Of a DNA stretch of 64,000 nucleotides, positions 20,716-29,720 are shown piece by piece. The stretch comes from Candidatus Hodarchaeota archaeon (GTDB lineage Archaea > Asgardarchaeota > Lokiarchaeia > Sigyniarchaeales > SOKP01): contig JBHLKM010000001.1 in NCBI GenBank assembly GCA_048886685.1, positions 32,001 through 96,000 of the forward strand, in the 5' to 3' direction. The notes below the pieces were generated by a model. The model searched no databases. It was given only the letters and a program-made list of their open reading frames with translations, and was not told the DNA's origin. Numbering within the stretch: the stretch's first letter is position 1; each line of letters opens with the position of its first letter. A program made the translations under genes and the position numbers.

Positions 20716-22368
20716 TTATCTTAATTTAAATCCCTTGAATAATTTTAAAAGAAACATAATTTCTTCAGAACTTTCAATTAATCTTCTTAACGGAAAGGGG
20801 AAATTATTCAGCTCGACTTCATAACCCCTCGATACTTGGTCGATCATTATTTTTATTATTTCTTTGTATTTATTTACCGTTGGACCTTTATATTCGATCT
20901 CTGATATAACTTTCCAGCCTTTATCTAATTTCCCATTTAAAATGCATGAAATGGAAGCTAAGACATAACTGAGAACTATATGAGAATATCCTATTCTTTT
21001 TAAATTAGCTGCCCGATAATAATAACGATAAACATTATTAACCATTTCTCGTAAAAGAAAATCTTTAGCTGTATCAAGCTGTTCATAAAATTTTATACTC
21101 TCCAAGATCAGAGTTGCGGCTGTATAAAATTGTTTGTTTTTCAAACCCTCTTCAGCAATTTTATTCAATCCTCTAATTATTTGATTAAATATACCAAATC
21201 TATTATATTCTAAGTGTCCCTCTATAGCAATATCATATGCATTTAAATAACTCTCTGTAGATTCATTAATACTCCCTATCTTCCAGTAATTATCTCCAGC
21301 CTTCACGTAATGTTTATAAGCCATTTCCAAATTATTTAATTCCTTAAAAACATTAGCACCATCGAAAAAATTCGTCGCTGCTTGATCAAAATCTTTCAAT
21401 TTTTCTGAAAAGTTTCCAGCTAATAAAAAACATGAAGCACACTCAATTAGATTATTTTCTATCTCTTGATAACATAATCCTGCACCCCGATAATATCTAG
21501 CAATTTTATGATAGTTTTCTTTTGTCTTTTCGAGCTTTTCTGCCAAATCTATATAAGCTCCAGCTTCTCTTTTAGAGTAATTTATATATTGATCTTCTTC
21601 AGCTAAAATTTTATAAAGATTTTTCAATACTTGATATATTTGAGCTAATGTTAAGCTCTCATTCTTCTCTTCTAAGGTAGTCGCTAAATTTGAGAAAAAT
21701 TCTACTCCCGCCAAAATAGATTCTTGGGATTTGCCATAATCATCTAATTCCTCATAGCATGTACTAATTTGCTGATAAGAGAAAGATAGCATATCAAAAA
21801 AATGGTGAATCTTTGAGATATTGATTACTTTTTCGTAATATTTAATCGCATTTTTAAAATCAGAAGATTTCCAATACAATTCAGCTATATTTTGGTAATT
21901 TTGGGCAAGTTTCCTTGTCTCATCAAATTCTTTTAAAAGAGTACTTTCTTGTTTCAAGAAGTTAATACTATTTAAGATATTTCTTTTTTCTGAAAGGGTA
22001 TCATCAAATTTGTCTTGAAAAATCTCAGCAATCCTTAAATAGAGCTCAGCAACTTCATGCAATTTTGCCTGTAATTTATAGTCAATAATCTGTTTTTTAT
22101 ATAATTCTATGATTTTGTTATATAAATTAATCGATTCAGAAAAATCGAGGTCTTCAATTATTTCCGCTACAGAATATAAAAATTCTCCTGCTTCAAAAAA
22201 TTCCCCAGATTGGGCAATTTCATTAGAGAAATTGATTGAAACCAAAATAAGTTCTTGTATTGATTTGTTTCGTTCTATGGGATCTTCAATACTCTTAATT
22301 TTAGACTCAGATTCTCTTATTTTCTCCAAAAACTCAGTGTAATCAATGAATTCTTCATCTTCGATAAT
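20716..22368 (-). CDS. SNAP/TPR-like helical repeat protein; start possibly ATT 22368 (track start 22329)
   Basis: Repeated A-x2-Y/F-x2-A helical pairs; GAGGAG SD-like motif upstream of in-frame ATT/ATC. Confidence 0.65.
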   Translation of the reverse strand: MIEDEEFIDYTEFLEKIRESESKIKSIEDPIERNKSIQELILVSINFSNEIAQSGEFFEAGEFLYSVAEIIEDLDFSESINLYNKIIELYKKQIIDYKLQAKLHEVAELYLRIAEIFQDKFDDTLSEKRNILNSINFLKQESTLLKEFDETRKLAQNYQNIAELYWKSSDFKNAIKYYEKVINISKIHHFFDMLSFSYQQISTCYEELDDYGKSQESILAGVEFFSNLATTLEEKNESLTLAQIYQVLKNLYKILAEEDQYINYSKREAGAYIDLAEKLEKTKENYHKIARYYRGAGLCYQEIENNLIECASCFLLAGNFSEKLKDFDQAATNFFDGANVFKELNNLEMAYKHYVKAGDNYWKIGSINESTESYLNAYDIAIEGHLEYNRFGIFNQIIRGLNKIAEEGLKNKQFYTAATLILESIKFYEQLDTAKDFLLREMVNNVYRYYYRAANLKRIGYSHIVLSYVLASISCILNGKLDKGWKVISEIEYKGPTVNKYKEIIKIMIDQVSRGYEVELNNFPFPLRRLIESSEEIMFLLKLFKGFKLR

Positions 22369-22569
22369 TTTATGATCTCCTCAGAAAAAATAACTATGTA
22401 GAGAAATTAAATTGAAAATAAAAAATTTCGTGATTTTGGGTTCTAAATTGGAAATCACTCCTCACATGTGATGGGATCCAGATTTTATGAGACAAATTTT
22501 ACTAAGGAAATAATATTAAATATGATCAAAATTATAATATAAATAATTAAAAAAGAGGTTTTTTATCAG

Positions 22570-22776
22570 ATGAAACAAATAAATGAGTTATTGGATACCG
22601 GATTGTATGAGACGTTTAGCCCTGAGAGATCTATGACTATTGGAGATCTACTAAAGGAATTAAACCTAGAGGGAAAATTTTTCGGGATTTTAGTCGATGG
22701 AAAGAAAGCGGACCCAGAGACTAAGATTAATGAGAAATCGGAAGTAATTATTCTCCCACACATTGCCGGGGGCTAA
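22570..22776 (+). CDS. MoaD/ThiS/SAMP ubiquitin-like sulfur carrier
   Basis: 68 aa beta-grasp pattern ending ILPHIAGG. Confidence 0.9.
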   Translation: MKQINELLDTGLYETFSPERSMTIGDLLKELNLEGKFFGILVDGKKADPETKINEKSEVIILPHIAGG

Positions 22777-22843
22777 TAATAAAGAAATAAACAGTTTTTT
22801 TTTGAATTTCTCTTTTTTTATAAATTATAATCTCTTCCATAAT

Positions 22844-23830
22844 TTATTTTAGCTCAATTTTGAGAAGATCTTCGGCCAAAATAGTATTAGGGAATATTTC
22901 TTTTGCTTCTTCAAGAAGTTTTGATGCATCATCTTGATATCTAGATGAAATATGTGTAAGGATTAATTGTTTTGCATTCATTTTTTTAGCATCATTAGCA
23001 GCATCTACAGAAGTTGAATGCTTCTTTTCTAGGGCTGTGTTTGCTAACTTTTTAGCGAAAGTCGCTTCATGAACTAATATATCAGAGTCTTTTCCAAGCT
23101 CAATGATGGATTTGCTAGGTACTAAGTCAGCGGAATAAGTTATTTTTCTACCAGGTTTTTTGGGACCTATTATCCCTTCTTTTCTGGGATCAATTTTTTT
23201 TCCTTGATACTCAATAATTTCTCCTTCTTGTAATTTTTTCCAGAGGTGACTTTCTGGAATTCCTAATGCTTTTGCCCTTTCGGGTTCAAATTTTCCAAAA
23301 CGAGGATTTTCAACAAAAGCAAATGCGTATGTTATTACAGAATGATCAACTAAGGCATATTTTATTGTATAATATTTAGATTCATAAATTATATTATCTT
23401 GTATCTTGGTTTTATTCTTTGGCTCTTCAGATTCTAATCCTTCAAATTCAGTTAACTCCTCTGTAAGGTGGTCTATTTCATAAATCTTAATCGGATAATT
23501 AGTTTTTAGACCCAGGATTTTTCTATGTAAAAAAAGATAAAGAAAAAGATTTCTAGGGCCATAAATCACAATTGGAGCAGTTCTATCATTTAAACTTAAT
23601 CGAAAAAGAAATCCTGGTAATCCAATGATGTGATCTCCGTGAAAATGGGATATAAAAATCATTAAAGGTTTATTAAATTTTAATCCCGCTTCAGCAAATC
23701 GACGTTGGAAGTCCTCACCACAATCAAATAAGAGAATTTTATTTCGATATCTAATTGCCATTGAAGACAAATTGCGGTCTCTCGTAGGAGTAGCTGCGGA
23801 ACTTCCTAAAACATGCAATGTGAGTTCCAT
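22844..23830 (-). CDS. rnz: Ribonuclease Z
   Basis: LFDCGE, SHFHGDH, exosite GP region, HEAT, HST and THISSRY motifs. Confidence 0.95.
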   Translation of the reverse strand: MELTLHVLGSSAATPTRDRNLSSMAIRYRNKILLFDCGEDFQRRFAEAGLKFNKPLMIFISHFHGDHIIGLPGFLFRLSLNDRTAPIVIYGPRNLFLYLFLHRKILGLKTNYPIKIYEIDHLTEELTEFEGLESEEPKNKTKIQDNIIYESKYYTIKYALVDHSVITYAFAFVENPRFGKFEPERAKALGIPESHLWKKLQEGEIIEYQGKKIDPRKEGIIGPKKPGRKITYSADLVPSKSIIELGKDSDILVHEATFAKKLANTALEKKHSTSVDAANDAKKMNAKQLILTHISSRYQDDASKLLEEAKEIFPNTILAEDLLKIELK

Positions 23831-23936
23831 AATTAGATAAACCTATTAAAATATTTAAAATAACTTTTATTATTCAATCACAATAAGAAAAATAGTCAAT
23901 GTTAAAAAACCATTTAATAAAGCATGCTAGTAGCAC

Positions 23937-25283
23937 TTATTTTTTTCTTAATTGTGCAATTTCCATTCTTTGTTCAGTATTCTGTTTTTGTAAGTCATTA
24001 ATCATACTTTTAAGTTCCCTCAATCTCAGTGCTAAATGAGGTTCCTCTTGAGTTTGAGCTATTGTTCGAGCAGTCCGAAGTTCAATTTGTTTTTGTAAGT
24101 CATTTAATTTTTGATCTCTTGTTTTTAATTGGTTTTCTAACTGTCTATATCTTTTTTTAATTTGCACCGCTTCGTTTTTTATAGTTTCGATTTCCCCATC
24201 TTTAGCCTCTAATTGTTTCTGCAAAAATATAACTGTCTCTCTTTGCATTTTTAATTGCCCTTCAATTTCTTTATGTGAATCACCTGTTTCTGAAAAAGCC
24301 CCAGTCTGATATTTCTTAAGTTGCTCTTGAAGTGATTTTACTTCCAATTTTGACTTGTTCAATTTATTCTGTAAATCATCTTTTAATGTATGAATCATAT
24401 CCGATGATGTTATATCAGCTTGATCTAAATCTGTCATAATTTTCCCTTTTTTCAAAGATTTTATCTCATTTTTCAATTTTTCAATTTCTTCATCTTTTTT
24501 ATCTGGTTTATTACTTTTTTTCTGAGATTTAGATAGTCTTTGTTTTAAGTCAAGTATTTGTCTCTTAGATTTGTTTAATTGGTTTTGAAGATCTTCTATT
24601 AATTTTTTTGTTATTGAATCAGTACTTTCTTTTTGGGAAGAAGAACTCAATTCACTTATTTTCTGGTTTAATTCGTTGATTTCTGATTTATAAATTTCAA
24701 TTGTATCATCCTTTTCTTTCAATTTTGTGTTAAATTCTGCCGTTTCTTCAAGTTGATATTTTAACTTATTTATAAGTGATTTCTGTTTGTTTACTTTTTC
24801 CTGTAAATCTGCCACTAACGTGTTTAAAGGAGTCCTTTCCCTTAAATCTTCTACTCTAATAACAGAAGCATTGTTAAATTTATCAAGTTCGATTTGGAGC
24901 ACCTCATACTCTTGTTGGAGTTGAGTATAGTCTTTTCTGAGTATACCCATAGTATTCTTTAGATCTCGAATGTATCTTTCTTTCTCCTCCAATTCATATA
25001 CAAATTTAGACTCTGCGATTTGCATTTTTTTACTCTGCGTGTTAGCTCCTTCTTCCAATTGCATGATTTCTTCTAATTTCATTATTACATTTTCAAGTAG
25101 TTCGATCCTATCGAGATATTTATTATTAAGGAGATCTAACGCATCTGTATCCTTAAAAGTGGGAAATTGTGTTTTAATATATTCCTGTAGTAAATCAATG
25201 TCTCTTTCTACAAGTTCAACTTCCTTTTTCTCCAATTCTAACTCTAATTCTCTAATTTTAACTTTTAACTCGTCTTCTGACAT
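23937..25283 (-). CDS. Long coiled-coil protein
   Basis: E/K/L/Q-rich heptad pattern over most of 448 aa. Confidence 0.75.
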   Translation of the reverse strand: MSEDELKVKIRELELELEKKEVELVERDIDLLQEYIKTQFPTFKDTDALDLLNNKYLDRIELLENVIMKLEEIMQLEEGANTQSKKMQIAESKFVYELEEKERYIRDLKNTMGILRKDYTQLQQEYEVLQIELDKFNNASVIRVEDLRERTPLNTLVADLQEKVNKQKSLINKLKYQLEETAEFNTKLKEKDDTIEIYKSEINELNQKISELSSSSQKESTDSITKKLIEDLQNQLNKSKRQILDLKQRLSKSQKKSNKPDKKDEEIEKLKNEIKSLKKGKIMTDLDQADITSSDMIHTLKDDLQNKLNKSKLEVKSLQEQLKKYQTGAFSETGDSHKEIEGQLKMQRETVIFLQKQLEAKDGEIETIKNEAVQIKKRYRQLENQLKTRDQKLNDLQKQIELRTARTIAQTQEEPHLALRLRELKSMINDLQKQNTEQRMEIAQLRKK

Positions 25284-25397
25284 ATTAAAGTATTATTTAT
25301 TTCTTGGAATTTAATTTATTAATAGAATTATAGATTTTAAAATTTAACTCATTAAATTTTATAAAATTTTCCATATATTACATTAAATTAAGAATTT

Positions 25398-27311
25398 TTA
25401 ATAAATATCAAAATCTTTAATCGAAAATTTATTGATTTTTCTCATAATAGGATATAAGCTTAGAAAATTAAAGGAAATAAAAGTACCTAATAGAGTAGCA
25501 AAAAGGATAAAGGGAATGTATAATGGGGGTAAATATACGCGACCAAAGATAACAACCGAATTTAAAATCATTCCTATACTCAAACTTATTAAAAGCGACG
25601 GAATAATAACAAAAGTAGATTCCAGGAAAACTATTCTTTTAATCACCTTATTCTTGGAGCCTAAAGCTCTCATAATTAAGAAATCTCTTGCTTTTTCCAT
25701 TATTCCGCTTTTTTGATAATTATAGAGTGAAAGAATCCCAAGAATTGCCATTATAATCATTAAAAACATAGGATATAATGATAAATTTAATAAGAAATTC
25801 AAATTCTTTTTAAATACCCCATCCAGCTTGAAGTGAGTAAAATTAGTTCCCAAATTAGATTCAATAAAGAGTTCTAGATCTACTTTGATATTGTTATATG
25901 ACCCACTTTTCAATTTTAATAAAACAAGATTAATTGTCTGATTTGAAAATAGTAATTTATTCTGAAAAGACTCTAAACTCATATAACCCGTATATCCATT
26001 ATAGAAACTATCAATAATAACTCCAGTTATCTCAAATACTTGACTTTCATTGCCTATGTTTGTGATTTTAAGATTTTGTATTAAGGCTTTATCAAAATAA
26101 TTATATGCTAAACCATCCCCTACGATCATCTCATAATCAAGAGTAGAATAATTTCCTTCGATCTCAAAATTTTGGATCATCTTACTTATATTTACTCCAA
26201 TAATAGGGATATTCTCTTTCCTCTCTTTTCCGTATGTTACATAATCCCCATCTACAATAACAGTTTTACTCATTTCTTCTGTATCACAGAAGTTTATTAA
26301 TCTCTCATCAATTTTCTCGATATTATCTATTGTTTCTCTAATATTACTCACATTATTAATACTAAATAAGTATCTTGAATCGGTAAAATTGATATCTGTA
26401 TGACTAATGAAAATTCTAGGGTTTGAGAACATCTCATACATCAGCGAATAATTTTGGACCACTTCCTCATGACCGATTACTACAATATTTTCACCTTGCG
26501 ATCTACGAATCCACTCTTCTGATGATGTTTTTAAAACGATTGTGCCTAATCCAAGTGTAAAAATTATCAAAGTAATTAATGAAAAAACAATAATATATCT
26601 TTTAAACTCTCCCTTTCTTCGTAGAGTGTTGATGATTGATAATTTGATGTTTATACCTAATGAAGAAAGCCATTTTGGAATAAATTGAATTTTTTTTGAA
26701 GCATCATAATCATGGGGTATATCTTTTGAAAATGTTTTTATTATTTCTGCTTTCCCCATTCTTCTTAATGCATACCCCGCTACAAAAAATATTCCAAAAA
26801 AACAAGAACCAAATAGTATTGAAGTAAATACAAAATCTATTTGAAATTCTATAGAAAAATAGAAAGAGTTAATTATTAAAATGAATATTTCAAAAGAAAT
26901 AAGACCCCCTATTATACCCAAAAAAAAGCCAATGAAGAAAATTATAAAAACCTCGAGAAGATAAAAACTATAAAGCTTACGGGGTAATGTGCCTAAAGCT
27001 TTCATTATTCCGATATCTTTTTTTTTATTAATGATATGAGTGGTTGAAATCGCAACTACTATCAAAACAGCCAATATCATCAATAAAATTTGGATTATTG
27101 TAATAAACTGTTTATAAACGATACTAATACTTCCTGAGAAATAAAAATCATTTGAAAAATCAGATTGAATAAATACGTTTAAACCCAAAGAGGAGGTAAA
27201 GTATATTAAGAATTCTGTTACGGCTATAACTAAAATAATTACTATTAAATAAGGAATTGTCTGATTCTTTTTACGGTAAAAATCTTTTAGAGCAAAATCC
27301 AAAGATGACAT
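25398..27311 (-). CDS. ABC transporter permease, FtsX/MacB type
   Basis: Two FtsX-like segments (IGIMKALG, IMRALG) with an extracellular domain. Confidence 0.85.
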   Translation of the reverse strand: MSSLDFALKDFYRKKNQTIPYLIVIILVIAVTEFLIYFTSSLGLNVFIQSDFSNDFYFSGSISIVYKQFITIIQILLMILAVLIVVAISTTHIINKKKDIGIMKALGTLPRKLYSFYLLEVFIIFFIGFFLGIIGGLISFEIFILIINSFYFSIEFQIDFVFTSILFGSCFFGIFFVAGYALRRMGKAEIIKTFSKDIPHDYDASKKIQFIPKWLSSLGINIKLSIINTLRRKGEFKRYIIVFSLITLIIFTLGLGTIVLKTSSEEWIRRSQGENIVVIGHEEVVQNYSLMYEMFSNPRIFISHTDINFTDSRYLFSINNVSNIRETIDNIEKIDERLINFCDTEEMSKTVIVDGDYVTYGKERKENIPIIGVNISKMIQNFEIEGNYSTLDYEMIVGDGLAYNYFDKALIQNLKITNIGNESQVFEITGVIIDSFYNGYTGYMSLESFQNKLLFSNQTINLVLLKLKSGSYNNIKVDLELFIESNLGTNFTHFKLDGVFKKNLNFLLNLSLYPMFLMIIMAILGILSLYNYQKSGIMEKARDFLIMRALGSKNKVIKRIVFLESTFVIIPSLLISLSIGMILNSVVIFGRVYLPPLYIPFILFATLLGTFISFNFLSLYPIMRKINKFSIKDFDIY

Positions 27312-27333
27312 GTTAGACTTTAAACTTTGTTAT

Positions 27334-28092
27334 TTAATTTAATTTTAATTTTTCTTCTACTATTTTCCCTTCTTCAAAAGAAATTAAGCGATCTGCTAAT
27401 GCTATTAAGTCATCATCATGAGTAACTGTTATTACAGTTTTTTCACTAGATTTTAGATCTGTGAAAAGATCTCTTATAAATTGACTGGTATTTTTATCAA
27501 GGTTGGCAGTTGGTTCATCAGCTAAAATGACTGGGGGATCATTTGCTAACGCTCTAGCGATCGCAACTCTCTGTTGTTCACCGGCAGATAACTGAAATGG
27601 CAAGTGTTCTCTCCTATCCCCTAATCTCATTTCTTTTAACAATCTCACAGCATTACTTCTCTGTTCTTCAAATTTCATTCCAGAAAGATTCATTGGGAAC
27701 ATTATGTTTTCTTCGGCTGTAAGAGTACTGATCAAATTATAATTTTGAAAAATAAATCCTGAATTAATTAGTCGAAATATAGCTAAAGACTCTTGATCCA
27801 TATCAGAAATTTTGACTCCTTGGTTATAGATTGTTCCAGAATTAGGAGAATCCAACCCTCCTATTAAATTTAATAATGTGGTCTTACCCGCGCCACTCGG
27901 ACCTTTTATAACAACAAATTCACTATCCTTTATTTCTAGTGATACATTATCGACTGCTTTTACGATAAAATCTCCAATTTCATAATTTTTAATGATATTT
28001 TTGCAATAAATTAATATACCTTGTTCAGAGAGTTTATCTCCTAAATTAGTTTCATATAATTCTTGGGATTCTTCAATATAATTATCCTTCAT
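27334..28092 (-). CDS. ABC transporter ATPase, LolD/MacB type
   Basis: GPSGAGKT, LSAGEQQRVAIARAL and DEPTANLD motifs. Confidence 0.92.
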   Translation of the reverse strand: MKDNYIEESQELYETNLGDKLSEQGILIYCKNIIKNYEIGDFIVKAVDNVSLEIKDSEFVVIKGPSGAGKTTLLNLIGGLDSPNSGTIYNQGVKISDMDQESLAIFRLINSGFIFQNYNLISTLTAEENIMFPMNLSGMKFEEQRSNAVRLLKEMRLGDRREHLPFQLSAGEQQRVAIARALANDPPVILADEPTANLDKNTSQFIRDLFTDLKSSEKTVITVTHDDDLIALADRLISFEEGKIVEEKLKLN

Positions 28093-28284
28093 TTTTAAAT
28101 CGACGTTATTTTGTTCTACTCTTAAGTTTAATTACGAATCTGTTAACCTTAATCTTAATACTCATAAATGATTAATGAAAATGCCGAATATTTTAAAATT
28201 CAATGTAAAGAATTAATATTGTGTTTTTATAATTTATGTTAGATTTTAAATTAAATTTAAATATTAAAGTATCATAAATAGTCT

Positions 28285-28438
28285 TGAGGGAGATTGAGAA
28301 AATAAAAAATATCCCCTATACATGTGTGAATTCCACCAAATGTGAGGAAATTTCCTAATTAAAATGGTAACTAAATAACTTTTGTTCTAAAATCTTAAAC
28401 TTCCTTTTTAAGATTTTAATTTTTCCCCTTCTCCCTCA
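28285..28438. repeat. 154-bp element bounded by imperfect inverted repeats (MITE-like or structured RNA)
   Basis: TGAGGGAGA (28285-28293) and TCTCCCTCA (28430-28438), extending imperfectly inward; internal AAAATCTTAAA/TTTAAGATTTT hairpin. Confidence 0.4.
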
Positions 28439-28572
28439 TTCGTGTTCTTAATTCGTTGTATTCATAAGAGATTGACCTTTTCTATCTTATTCACAAAATA
28501 AAGTTTAAAGGATTAATTTAATTACAAATTATATCTTTATTCGGGATATTAATGATTAAAGTGTAGATTCTT

Positions 28573-29205
28573 ATGGATTTTGAAAAATTAACTGAACTAA
28601 TTATTGAATTAGAAGTCGACGATATAGCTGATGCAGTAAAAGAAGCATTAGGTGAGGATAAAGATCCTTTTGATATATTAAACGCTTTAACGAAGGGAAT
28701 GGATGAAGTTGGCCGTCGATATGAAGAAAAGGAATACTACTTAACTGAACTTGTGCTAGCTGGTGAAACGATGAAAGAAGCATTTGCAGTATTACAACCC
28801 GCGTTAGCTGCAGCCGATACATCTTTAGAAAAAGTAAAAATTATTCTAGCTACTGTAAAAGGAGATAACCATGATATTGGTAAAAATATTCTTGGTTCTC
28901 TTTTATTAAGTTCTGGTTTTGAACTTCATGATTTAGGTATGGATGTGGATGAAAATACAATTGTAGAAAAAGTAAAAGAAACAGGTGCATCTATTGTTGC
29001 ATTAAGTTCTTTACTTACAATGACTGTAGAACAAATTAAAGTTGTTCATGAAGCTTTAATCGCTGCTGGTCTTCGGGATAACGTCAAATTAATAGTTGGT
29101 GGTGCCCCGTTGAATGAAGATCTTGCTAAGAAACTTGGAGCAGATGATTTTGCTGATGATGCTGTTGAAGGTGTAAAACATATCAAAGAACTAGCTGGTA
29201 AGTAA
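28573..29205 (+). CDS. Methyltransferase corrinoid protein (MtaC/MtbC-like B12-binding protein)
   Basis: GDNHDIGKNI (DxHxxG), SSLLT and VGGAP B12-binding motifs. Confidence 0.92.
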   Translation: MDFEKLTELIIELEVDDIADAVKEALGEDKDPFDILNALTKGMDEVGRRYEEKEYYLTELVLAGETMKEAFAVLQPALAAADTSLEKVKIILATVKGDNHDIGKNILGSLLLSSGFELHDLGMDVDENTIVEKVKETGASIVALSSLLTMTVEQIKVVHEALIAAGLRDNVKLIVGGAPLNEDLAKKLGADDFADDAVEGVKHIKELAGK

Positions 29206-29446
29206 AAATTTTCTACATAGCTAATTATATTTTTATTTTAATCACAGTCTTACTTTTTTTAGAATGTTTTGATATTCTATTTATAGATTATAAGTAACTT
29301 TTTTTAACCATTTTATATCTATTTTATGTTTATTATTGAATTTGATTAAAATATAATGAGAATATTTATACTTCTTAGTATTCATTTATGTCCTAAGAAC
29401 CGATAAAATAAAAAGAATCGTATGAAATTGTATGGAGGATTAAATT

Positions 29447-29701
29447 ATGACTGAAAATGAAAATAGTGAAATTGAATATGATGAACAACTCGATACCCGA
29501 GGATTATATTGTCCAGAGCCATTGTTTGAAGTTAGAAATTTGAGTGAGAGTCTTGAAGTAGGACAATGTTTTAAGGTTTTAGCAGATGATCCCGCAGCTG
29601 AAGAAGATTTAAAGAGATGGGCAAAAAGGACAGACACTGAATTGGTTGAGTTTTTAAAGGATGGCAAGGATTTAATATTTTATTTTAAGAAGAAAAAGTG
29701 A
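29447..29701 (+). CDS. tusA: TusA family sulfurtransferase
   Basis: LDTRGLYCPEP and ADDPAAEEDL motifs. Confidence 0.9.
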   Translation: MTENENSEIEYDEQLDTRGLYCPEPLFEVRNLSESLEVGQCFKVLADDPAAEEDLKRWAKRTDTELVEFLKDGKDLIFYFKKKK

Positions 29702-29720
29702 AAATTGAGGGGAATATAGA

